64,000 nt of DNA, taken from positions 119,598,001 to 119,662,000 of the forward strand of contig OZ024743.1 in NCBI GenBank assembly GCA_964016885.1. The letters run 5' to 3'. Shown piece after piece: positions 55,692-64,000 of this stretch. The translations under genes and the position numbers were made by a program. The notes under the pieces are model-generated. The model saw only the letters and a program-made list of their open reading frames with translations. It searched no databases and had not been told where the DNA came from. The stretch's first letter is position 1. Every line of letters starts with the position of its first letter. This stretch comes from Eledone cirrhosa (Eukaryota).

Positions 55692-57602
55692 ATGGCGGAG
55701 CCACGCCCCCTAGAGGCGGGTCTGCTGTCGTGCAACGGCGACTTGAGCGTTGAGAGGAGAGGTGAGGCGAGGAGCGCCACCAGCACGAGTGTGAGCAGCG
55801 ACAGTGCCAGCACCAACGGGCCGAGCGGCGCGGAAGGTGGTAACAGCGACAACACCAACACCAACAAGCCGAACAGCGCAGAAGGTGGTAATAGCGAGAG
55901 CACCAACAAAACAAACAGCACAGAGAGTAATAGTAGCGACAGCAACAGCACCAACAAGGCCAACAGCACAGAGGGTAACCACGACACAGGGGAGAACAAC
56001 AACAGCAATAGCAGCAGCAACACCAACAAGAACAACAACAGTGACAACACCAACAAGAACACCTTCGCTGCTGTGGCAGCGGCTAAAAGGAGACCATGCT
56101 ACAGCATCGACTTAACCAACAGAGAGGAAAAGTTGGCCCAGGCCTGGAAAATCATAAATCAAGAGCAGACCTGGGCAAACTTAACTGTCCCGGCAGAAGC
56201 CATTGAGGCAGTGGAAAAAAGAACGGTGCATTTCAGATGCATCTCAGTAGAGACAAAGAGGGCAGCGATAATCGCCCAAGCTGACATAGAAGCCGCACTG
56301 AAATACATCAGAGAGGACACAGACTTCATAGAGAGGGGCAGGCAATACGGCACCGTTTCGGTGCTGTTCAAGTCTGAAGCCCTCGCTGTGAAGCATTCAA
56401 TGACCCCTTGCAAAACCAGCAAGGTTATAATGTACCCCTCCCACATGGGAAAACGAATAGCACGTGTGCGCATTCCCAGGATTCCACCAGGACTTGATAT
56501 GTGGTGGCTCCTGGGTTGCGTAATCGTGGAAGGAACGGATACAGTCCCGGTAGAGGCAACGAGAACTGCCAGGGACGACTGGTCCGGGGTTGATCTGGAG
56601 ATACTGCTCCAAATCAGACCCGAAAACGTGAAAGCAATCCCGGACCACATCCGCCTCCAAAACGGGAGGGTGTTGCATATAATGACTGAGGGCAAAAGGC
56701 CGCATTGTTTCCTTTGTGGGGAAACGACACACTTGCGAGCCTTCTGCCCTCAACTGCCGAAAAGCGCAAGGGGTCGAAAGATTCCACTGCTGGCGACGCC
56801 GGGACAAGGACCACCAGCAACACCGTCAACAATGGAACCACCAAAATTGCACACCCAGGGGGGAAACGAGGAAAGCTCTCCCATTCCCCCTCCCCCCCAA
56901 AATACACACACGAACAAGAACATAAACACTCACTCAGACACAAACACGCTCACAGCCACAGACCCCTCATCCTCCAGCAGTGAAGATGAGGGAAAACCAA
57001 AGTCCCCCAAAATACAAAAAACAAAACACAAAAAAAAAAGAAATCCACAAAGCACAAACACCCCCACAAAAAAAAATACACACACCACCCACACAAACAT
57101 TTTCCCCACAGCATCACCAACACAACCACCAAAATCCCCCAAACGCAAACAAGCTAAACAGACACAAGAACAAATAGACACACAAACATCAGAAACTACA
57201 GACACCCCACCCACAACAAACGCAGACACAATAGAAACAACACTAACAAAGCTATCACCACCACAATCACACGAACAAATAAAACCCGAGCAACAAAACA
57301 TTAAAAACTTCGTGCTTGCCAGAAGGGCCAACACGGAATTGATGGCCCATGTAGCACGAAGCACAAACATCGAAAAAGACGGGGAAACATTTGAAGCGAG
57401 CACATTTCGCGTACCAGATAATTTGCTTCTGATGCGAATGTCGCTCGCTTCATACAAAGAAATTCGAAAGAGCTTTCCTCGGGATGTGGGAACCCCGAAC
57501 GTAAAACCCACGTCAAGACTATTAAAGGGGTTCCCAAAAGAAACCCCACAAACCATGGAGGTCGAACCACCCGACCTTCACAAGACCCCGGAAGGTAAGT
57601 AA
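55692..57602 (+). CDS. LINE ORF1p (gag-like, CCHC zinc knuckle), 636 aa from the first ATG
   Basis: CFLCGETTHLRAFC (CX2CX4HX4C); Asn/Ser-rich N-terminus; basic Thr/Pro-rich C-terminal region; ATG context AACATGG. Confidence 0.85.
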   Translation: MAEPRPLEAGLLSCNGDLSVERRGEARSATSTSVSSDSASTNGPSGAEGGNSDNTNTNKPNSAEGGNSESTNKTNSTESNSSDSNSTNKANSTEGNHDTGENNNSNSSSNTNKNNNSDNTNKNTFAAVAAAKRRPCYSIDLTNREEKLAQAWKIINQEQTWANLTVPAEAIEAVEKRTVHFRCISVETKRAAIIAQADIEAALKYIREDTDFIERGRQYGTVSVLFKSEALAVKHSMTPCKTSKVIMYPSHMGKRIARVRIPRIPPGLDMWWLLGCVIVEGTDTVPVEATRTARDDWSGVDLEILLQIRPENVKAIPDHIRLQNGRVLHIMTEGKRPHCFLCGETTHLRAFCPQLPKSARGRKIPLLATPGQGPPATPSTMEPPKLHTQGGNEESSPIPPPPQNTHTNKNINTHSDTNTLTATDPSSSSSEDEGKPKSPKIQKTKHKKKRNPQSTNTPTKKNTHTTHTNIFPTASPTQPPKSPKRKQAKQTQEQIDTQTSETTDTPPTTNADTIETTLTKLSPPQSHEQIKPEQQNIKNFVLARRANTELMAHVARSTNIEKDGETFEASTFRVPDNLLLMRMSLASYKEIRKSFPRDVGTPNVKPTSRLLKGFPKETPQTMEVEPPDLHKTPEGK

Positions 57603-57631
57603 ACCTTTCCTCTCCCATTCATCCTGCCAGC

Positions 57632-60600
57632 ATGGCCATAAGAGTAGGAAGTTTAAATGTTCGTGGCCTGGGGTCGCCCTGGAAGCAAGGTCACTTGCTC
57701 AACGACCTCAGGTCACTAGGAATGGATGTAATTGCCATCAGCGAGACCAGAATTTCCGACACACGCGCACTGGCGCCGATTTTCGACGATTATCAGATCT
57801 TTGCATCTGTTAGTCGGCCGGGAATGGGAGGTGGAGTGGCTGTGCTGTTTAGGAAATGTCTGGATCTCGAGGTAAGGTCAATCTTCCGGGATCCTGACGG
57901 AAAGTTGGTGGTCCTGGACGTGAGCAATAGCGAAGGTGGTGCCTTTAGACTGGTGGCCGTCTACGCCCCTACTGGGGCCGGTCGGCCGGACTTCTTTAGG
58001 CGCCTGGAAAACTTTCTGCTTACGTCTCGCCCTTTACTGTTAATAGGGGATTGGAATGGCATCTTAGAAGCACGCTGGGATTGTGTGGGAGTATCTGATA
58101 GGAGCGGGGGGTGCAAAAGCCTCAAGTACCTGATCAGCCAGTTTCAACTGTCTGACAGGTACCGACTAGATTTCCCTAATGCGCCAGTATGGACCTGGAC
58201 CAATCGCATAGGGTCATCTAGATCGTACATAGATAGGATTTTCATTAGGAAAAGAGATAGAAATAGTGTAGGATGTCCACATTTTAAAACGGTTGCCTAT
58301 TCAGATCACAAGCTTGTGATCTGTATGGTCGACCTAGATAAGACACGTAGGTTAGGACCTAGCTACTGGAAGCTAAACATGTCGTTTCCGGCACGTAAAG
58401 CTTACAGGGACCGGGTCAACAACTTAGTTAAGCAAAAGTTGACAGGGGGGGTTGTCAACAACAGGTGGTGGGGGGCACTCAAAAGAGAGATTAGAGCAAC
58501 CTCGATAGGATTTAGCAAAGAAGTAGCAATAGAGAAAAATAGAAAAGAGGAGGGGCTGATAGCTAAGTTAGACGAGGCTATTTGTAGTGGCATTGCAACA
58601 GACGTGCTAGCGGCGAGAATGGCACTAGACCATTTCTTCAATGCGAAACACGAAGGTTGCATTGTCAGAGCTAAGGCGCGTGCTCTGAGGAACGAGGGAA
58701 CCAAAGCTGCCCGATGGGCTCGCTTTGCAGAGACGCAGCGTGGAAATAAAACCACAATTCGGTCTTTGACGGATCGAGATGGACACGAACTGAGCGATTC
58801 CAAGCAGATGTGTGAGGCCTTTCGCCAGCACTTTGCTCGATTGTTCGGGAGGATGGGTGAGTCGGAGACGGCGGCGGACTTCAGTCCCTACCTCGACGGC
58901 TTGCCACGCCTCTCGACGGCCGACGCTGAGCGCTGCGAAGAGCCGATAACATCAGCCGAAATTCAGGACGCCCTTGTCGGCTGCTCGAGTCGCAAGTCAC
59001 CCGGTTTGGATGGTCTGCCCTACGAGCTTTACGTAAATATGCCAGACTTGTTCTCCGATCTCCTCGAAGCGCTCTACTGCAACTGGCAGCAGAACGGGAG
59101 CATTCCCAGTTCTGTGAGCCGTGGCGTAGTGACGCTGATAAGGAAAGACGAGAACAAGAGGGACACACTAGATAATTTCAGGCCCATAACCCTGCTCAAC
59201 ACAGAGTTTAAGATTTTGGCCAAGGTGTTAGCGAAAAGGTTGGCGCTTGTCGTCAAAGATTTGGTTGGGGAGGCGCAAACTTGCGCAATCCCGACCAGGT
59301 CCATACACGACAACCTCCACCTCATGCGATACATCATAGAGAGGGTTGGGTGCAAACCTGGCTTCGGTGGGGCTCTGATCAATTTAGATCAATCGAAAGC
59401 ATTCGATAGGGTCGACCATCGGTACTTGGAGGCTGTCCTCGAGGCGGCTGGCTTCGGCCCCGTCTTCAGAAGCTGGATCGCTGCAATGTACAGCGGCATC
59501 CGCTCGGTGGTCAAAGTTAATGGCCACCTCTCGGAACCGTTTCAGATCTCTCGATCGGTCCGTCAAGGGTGCCCTCTCTCCTCACTTCTGTACGTATTGA
59601 CTCTTGAGCCTCTACTGCGGAAGCTGGAGTTGTTGCAGGGCATCCCGCTCGAACCGGGACGTAGAAAGGCTGCGTCCGCTTATGCGGACGACATCACCGT
59701 GATGGTGTCGGACACCTCGGAAATCGAGGTGATCCGCACCCATTTGGAGGAATATGAAAGGTTGACGGGAGCAAAACTTAACCCGGAAAAGTCGGTGGGC
59801 TTGCAGCTCGGCACCTGGAGAGGCAAGTCCATGCCGTCCAACAGCGTCGTTGGGCGCTGGACAGACGGACCGGTAAAGTTGCTCGGGGTTTGGTTCGGAC
59901 CAGACCTCCAGGTGGATAAGAATTGGGACGAGGTGACGAGCAGGATAGCCAACCTCACCCAGAAATGGGCTGAGAGAAAGCTATCACTGAAAGGGCGGGC
60001 GGAGGTGGCGAACGCGTACATCGCGTCCGTCATCTACTACCGCCTGACCGTCGTGCCTTGCCCCCGTCCACGCCTCGCCAATTTGGAACGGCTCCTTTTC
60101 AAATTTTTGTGGAGGGGACGGGTCCCGTTGGTGAGGCGGTCCATCTGCTGCCAGCACCCTCTTCGTGGAGGGCTGGGCATGCCGTGGCTAATGATGCGCA
60201 GACATGCGCTGAGGCTGCGACATCTCCAGATATTTTGCCTAAACGGTGAACAGGTGTGGTCGCCGTTTGTTAGACGGGCCTTTCCGCAGCTCATCTCTTT
60301 GACTGAGCTGCAGTCCTGGGTCAAGAAGAGACCGAGACTGGGCGACTGGCATCTGGAATGTTGCCAGGCGCTCACTGCACTCTGCAAGGTGGGCAATGCG
60401 GTCAGTGGAACTTCCACTCAAGATTTCTATAGAGGATTAGTGGAGGGCAAGTGCGATGACGTACTAGGAGAGGCTCTGGGCGTCAACGAAGTAGAACTGA
60501 CCAGTATGTTCCGGAGGACTTTCGAGCCGGGGACGATGGATAACTTCCAGAAATCCCTCGCTTGGCAGTGCTACCGGGGGGCGCTGCCGGTTCGGGATAA

Positions 60601-61051
60601 ACTCTACAGGCACGGAAGTGCTGTCAGACGAACCTGCCCGAGATGCGCGCAGAGCGACGAAACCGTTCTGCACGCACTCGTCCAGTGTCCGTGCATTGCT
60701 GACTTGTGGGGTTATGTCGAACAGCTATTGTCGCGTGTAGAACGGATCCGGCTATCGTCCGAGTCCATAGTGAAGATTGACCCGCCGCCTTCTTTTGGTC
60801 AGGAAGGGCAGGCAATTTTCCTCTGCCTGGTGGCAGTAGCGAAAGAGGTTGCATGGTGGACCAGGTTGAAAGGACTGAAGACAGACACTTTTCTCTTCGG
60901 CCAATCCCTCATCAACTTCTTCAAGTTTCACTTGGAAAGGAAGGTGAGGGTGGAGAGAGAAGTGCTGCCCCCCAGTACATTTACTGAAAGGTGGGTGAAT
61001 GTGGCGAGAATGGCCCATGTGAGTGGGCCTACTCTGATCATGCGCCTGTAG
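57632..61051 (+). CDS. LINE ORF2p: APE endonuclease, RT and C-terminal Zn motif
   Basis: SLNVRG, ISETR, VYAP, IGDWN, SYIDRIF, YSDH; KSPGLDGL, FRPITLLN, LDQSKAFDRVDH, VRQGCPLS, AYADD; CPRC..ETVLHALVQC. Confidence 0.95.
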   Translation: MAIRVGSLNVRGLGSPWKQGHLLNDLRSLGMDVIAISETRISDTRALAPIFDDYQIFASVSRPGMGGGVAVLFRKCLDLEVRSIFRDPDGKLVVLDVSNSEGGAFRLVAVYAPTGAGRPDFFRRLENFLLTSRPLLLIGDWNGILEARWDCVGVSDRSGGCKSLKYLISQFQLSDRYRLDFPNAPVWTWTNRIGSSRSYIDRIFIRKRDRNSVGCPHFKTVAYSDHKLVICMVDLDKTRRLGPSYWKLNMSFPARKAYRDRVNNLVKQKLTGGVVNNRWWGALKREIRATSIGFSKEVAIEKNRKEEGLIAKLDEAICSGIATDVLAARMALDHFFNAKHEGCIVRAKARALRNEGTKAARWARFAETQRGNKTTIRSLTDRDGHELSDSKQMCEAFRQHFARLFGRMGESETAADFSPYLDGLPRLSTADAERCEEPITSAEIQDALVGCSSRKSPGLDGLPYELYVNMPDLFSDLLEALYCNWQQNGSIPSSVSRGVVTLIRKDENKRDTLDNFRPITLLNTEFKILAKVLAKRLALVVKDLVGEAQTCAIPTRSIHDNLHLMRYIIERVGCKPGFGGALINLDQSKAFDRVDHRYLEAVLEAAGFGPVFRSWIAAMYSGIRSVVKVNGHLSEPFQISRSVRQGCPLSSLLYVLTLEPLLRKLELLQGIPLEPGRRKAASAYADDITVMVSDTSEIEVIRTHLEEYERLTGAKLNPEKSVGLQLGTWRGKSMPSNSVVGRWTDGPVKLLGVWFGPDLQVDKNWDEVTSRIANLTQKWAERKLSLKGRAEVANAYIASVIYYRLTVVPCPRPRLANLERLLFKFLWRGRVPLVRRSICCQHPLRGGLGMPWLMMRRHALRLRHLQIFCLNGEQVWSPFVRRAFPQLISLTELQSWVKKRPRLGDWHLECCQALTALCKVGNAVSGTSTQDFYRGLVEGKCDDVLGEALGVNEVELTSMFRRTFEPGTMDNFQKSLAWQCYRGALPVRDKLYRHGSAVRRTCPRCAQSDETVLHALVQCPCIADLWGYVEQLLSRVERIRLSSESIVKIDPPPSFGQEGQAIFLCLVAVAKEVAWWTRLKGLKTDTFLFGQSLINFFKFHLERKVRVEREVLPPSTFTERWVNVARMAHVSGPTLIMRL

Positions 61052-61332
61052 GCTGGTGAATTCGAGAAGGAGAGGGGTGCCCTTCCCGGGTGCCCTAGGA
61101 GCGTCGGGTGGCTCAGGACTGGTGGGGTGCTTGAGTCAACCCTGGGTGGTGATCCCTCTTATTGGGGAACTTTCATTGTTGTATTTTTATTGTTATTTTG
61201 TTTTTTGTTATTTATACTTACTCGATCTCTATGTAAACCCCCACTGTCCCTGTCTATTGTGTTGTCCCCTATATGTCGGCCCTTGTGGCCAATAAATGAA
61301 ATCATTATTATTATTATTATTATTATTATCAA

Positions 61333-61548
61333 TGGTGGATTGGCAGTATCGGTAGAGGGTCGGACACCATGCTTTGCAGCACAGTTACGTCCCTTGCCAT
61401 TCTGAGTTCAAATACCGCCGAGGTTAACTTTGCCTTTCATCCTTATGGGGTCGATAAAATAAAGTACCAGTCACGCACTGGGGTCGATTTAATCGACTTT
61501 CCCCTCCCCCCAAATTCCTGTCCTTGTGCCTATATAAGAAACCATTAT
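61333..61548 (+). mobile_element. SINE family A (long form)
   Basis: A box TGGCAGTATCGG, B box GTTCAAATACC, (ATT)n tail. Confidence 0.9.
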
Positions 61549-61560
61549 TATTATTATCAA

Positions 61561-61755
61561 TGGTGGATTGGCAGTATCGTTAGAGGGTCGGACGCCATGC
61601 TTTGCAGCACAGTTACGTCCCTTGCCATTCTGTGTTCAAATCCCGCCGAGGTTAACTTTGCCTTTCATCCTTACGGGGTCGATAAAATAAAGTGCCAGTA
61701 ATGTACTGAGATAATTGCTGGCCTTGTGCCAAAAGTAGAAACAATTATTATTATT
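61561..61755 (+). mobile_element. SINE family A (short form), tandem to the previous copy
   Basis: B box GTTCAAATCC; 3' GGCCTTGTGCCAAAAGTAGAAACA(ATT)n. Confidence 0.9.
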
Positions 61756-61838
61756 ATCATCATCATCAACATCATCATCATTGTTACTATTACCGATATC
61801 GCTCTTGATATTCTTTGTTTCTTTCTTTGATCATTTTG

Positions 61839-61875
<37 letters not shown>

Positions 61876-62372
61876 CACTTTTGTGAGATATTTTGTTGAC
61901 CCTTTCGTTTCTATGCATAAGAAAGGACTTGGTTTTCTATATAAGTAGAGCCTAAAACTATACTGTTTTAGCATATTTGTTGTTGCTTTTACTTTTTTAG
62001 ACATTTTTTTCTTCTAATCTTGTTTACATTCCGAAGCTATTTAACCAACACACATCCGGATATTTATCGTCTTCATATTCTAATTAGTTGTTCTTCTCAC
62101 GTAGATGTTTGTTTGTGTGTTTATGTGTTTCCTTGTTTTCCTAACTGCAAATATTTGGTTCAACAGGAAAGCAACGAACTGTTAACCATTTTCATTTGTT
62201 ATTTCAGCGTTGTTATAATAATGGCCGTTTCAAACAAGCTTAATTTTTCTATACTTTTCGTCTAGCTTGTTTTTATTTTTCCAGAATTTTCTCAACATTC
62301 GGGAGAGAAGAATAGGCAGTGATCAAGATGGTGGCGAATATTATGTTAGAGGTGAGGATTATTATAACGATT

Positions 62373-62429
62373 ATGATGATGATGATGATGATGATGATGA
62401 TAGGGATGATGATAGGGATGATGATAGGG

Positions 62430-62461
<32 letters not shown>

Positions 62462-62481
62462 GATGATGATGACGACAGTGA

Positions 62482-62515
<34 letters not shown>

Positions 62516-62569
62516 GGTGGTGGTGGTGGTGGTGGTGATGGTGATGATAACAACGAGGATGATGATGAC

Positions 62570-62601
<32 letters not shown>

Positions 62602-62742
62602 CGACGACAGTGATGATGATGATGGTGGTGGTGGTGGTGATGGTGGTGGTGATGATGATGATGGTGGTGGTGGTGGTGATGATGATGATGATGATGATGA
62701 CGACAACGATGGCAATGACGACGGCGACGATGGTGTTGGTGA
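62373..62742. repeat. (GAT)n/(GGT)n compound microsatellite
   Basis: Seen directly in the sequence. Confidence 0.9.
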
Positions 62743-62812
62743 TTAAGATACTGTTGATATCGTTGGTTTTGTTCTTGGGAGTGATAGTTCTGTTGATGGT
62801 GATGATGATAAT

Positions 62813-62986
62813 AATTATTTCTACTTTAGGTACAAGGCCAGCAATTACCCCCAGTACATTACTGGTGCCTCATTTTATCGACCCCGTAAGGATGAAAGGG
62901 AAAGTTAACCCCGGCGGGATTTGAACTCAGACTCTAAAGGGAAGAAACTCTATGCTGAAAAGCATAGCGTTCGACCCTCTACCGAA
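62813..62986 (-). mobile_element. SINE family A
   Basis: Reverse-complement match to consensus. Confidence 0.85.
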
Positions 62987-63312
62987 TAATGATGACACGA
63001 ATGTTGTTGAATGCGGAGGAATGTTTTTGTTGGAAGAAGTGGCGGTGATGGTGGAGAGTAGAATGTGATAGGAGTTGATGATGGTGATGATGATCATGAT
63101 GATTCACTTTCTTCTTCTTCTCTTTCATTTAGCTATCTCCCTGAGAATGAAGGTGCATGTGTGACATAGACACTGCTGTGGTGAAGCTAGAACGTGAGAA
63201 GTAGTATAAGTCCTCCTCCATTGATAAACCTAAACAAGATATAAGAATATTTGGATAGACAGTTAATACTAAATATGTATATGTGTATATATGTCTCTGT
63301 ATGTTTGTTCAC

Positions 63313-63378
<66 letters not shown>

Positions 63379-63436
63379 GAGCGGAGCAAGCAACTATCAA
63401 ACAATCTTTTAAATAAATTAAAAAACGATTTATATT

Positions 63437-63516
63437 GCTGTTACCGACGGTTTCACTAATCAAAAGATTGGAAATCCAGAGAATTTCCAATAGAAAGAAT
63501 TAAATCTTCAGACAGC
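63437..63516 (-). ncRNA. Type I hammerhead with extended stem II, in a ~420-bp module between (TA)n tracts
   Basis: GCTGT|CTGAAGA|..ATTGGAAAT-TCTCTGG-ATTTCCAAT..|GAAA|CCG-T-CGG|TA|ACAGC. Confidence 0.78.
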
Positions 63517-64000
63517 TATTTCCATACTATAAGGGTGCAAACCTCATAGTAAGTCAATATTTCGCTTACTGCCTGACGCATGCGGTCAAGCCGTTGAAGT
63601 GACGCACACGCAAAATTAGGCCACAAGTAAAAACGGGTTATTATAAACTTGCTGATCATGCCGCGGCCGCTAAAAATAGCAGCGCGATACAACGTTTTGT
63701 TCTCTACATAAGGAGAAAAATTATAAAAGGGTATGGATATTCAGACAGGCACTAGGTACCTACAGAAATATGCATGGTGTTTATAATAGTTGTGGTTCGA
63801 TATATATATATATATGTCAGGTCGCTCACGAGTGCTACTGGTAACATGTAAGTCAGTACAACCTCTCTCACGGTCCGGGCGACGGCGACTCAAGCGGCAG
63901 CCCTACCAAGCTTGCTTGGTGAGGAGGGTGATATCCGGACACCCTGCAGGATGAAATACAAGACCCGTCAAAGGGCGGAGGAACTCGGCAGAGTCAACGA

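Larger units (their letters stand above)
55480..61330 (+). mobile_element. Full-length Tx1/L1-group non-LTR retrotransposon
   Basis: Two intact ORFs; AATAAA at 61291; (ATT)n tail at 61304-61329; (ATT)n run also at 55459-55479 (putative 5' boundary/TSD). Confidence 0.9.

Noticed and set aside
62267-62924. Poly-Asp/Gly, poly-Met/Val and poly-Ser/Pro ORFs
   Set aside because: (GAT/GGT)n microsatellite with no flanking coding context

Overview
Eukaryotic, AT-rich, repeat-saturated DNA with no supportable host gene. The dense (TA)n/(CA)n/(GA)n tracts and tRNA-derived SINEs suggest an octopus or other cephalopod (inference). Most ORFs in the track are microsatellite translations. The real coding content is retroelements: (1) two near-identical, longer-than-unit Penelope-like elements (PLE; RT plus C-terminal GIY-YIG, Asn-rich linker) joined head-to-head at ~39684, both ending in (TA)n (34605-44059); (2) at least six decayed fragments of other PLE families; (3) an intact two-ORF Tx1/L1-type LINE (55480-61330); (4) RTE fragments, two SINE families and two hAT MITEs. 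Reading both strands reveals about 14 hammerhead-ribozyme (HHR) motifs of several unrelated sequence types, nearly all in short modules anchored in microsatellites and several arranged as divergent inverted pairs like the big PLE dimer. The dominant SINE shares a 3' stem-loop (CUUGU loop) and (ATT)n tail with the Tx1-like LINE, nominating that LINE as its mobiliser. All calls are by eye; boundaries of decayed repeats are approximate.
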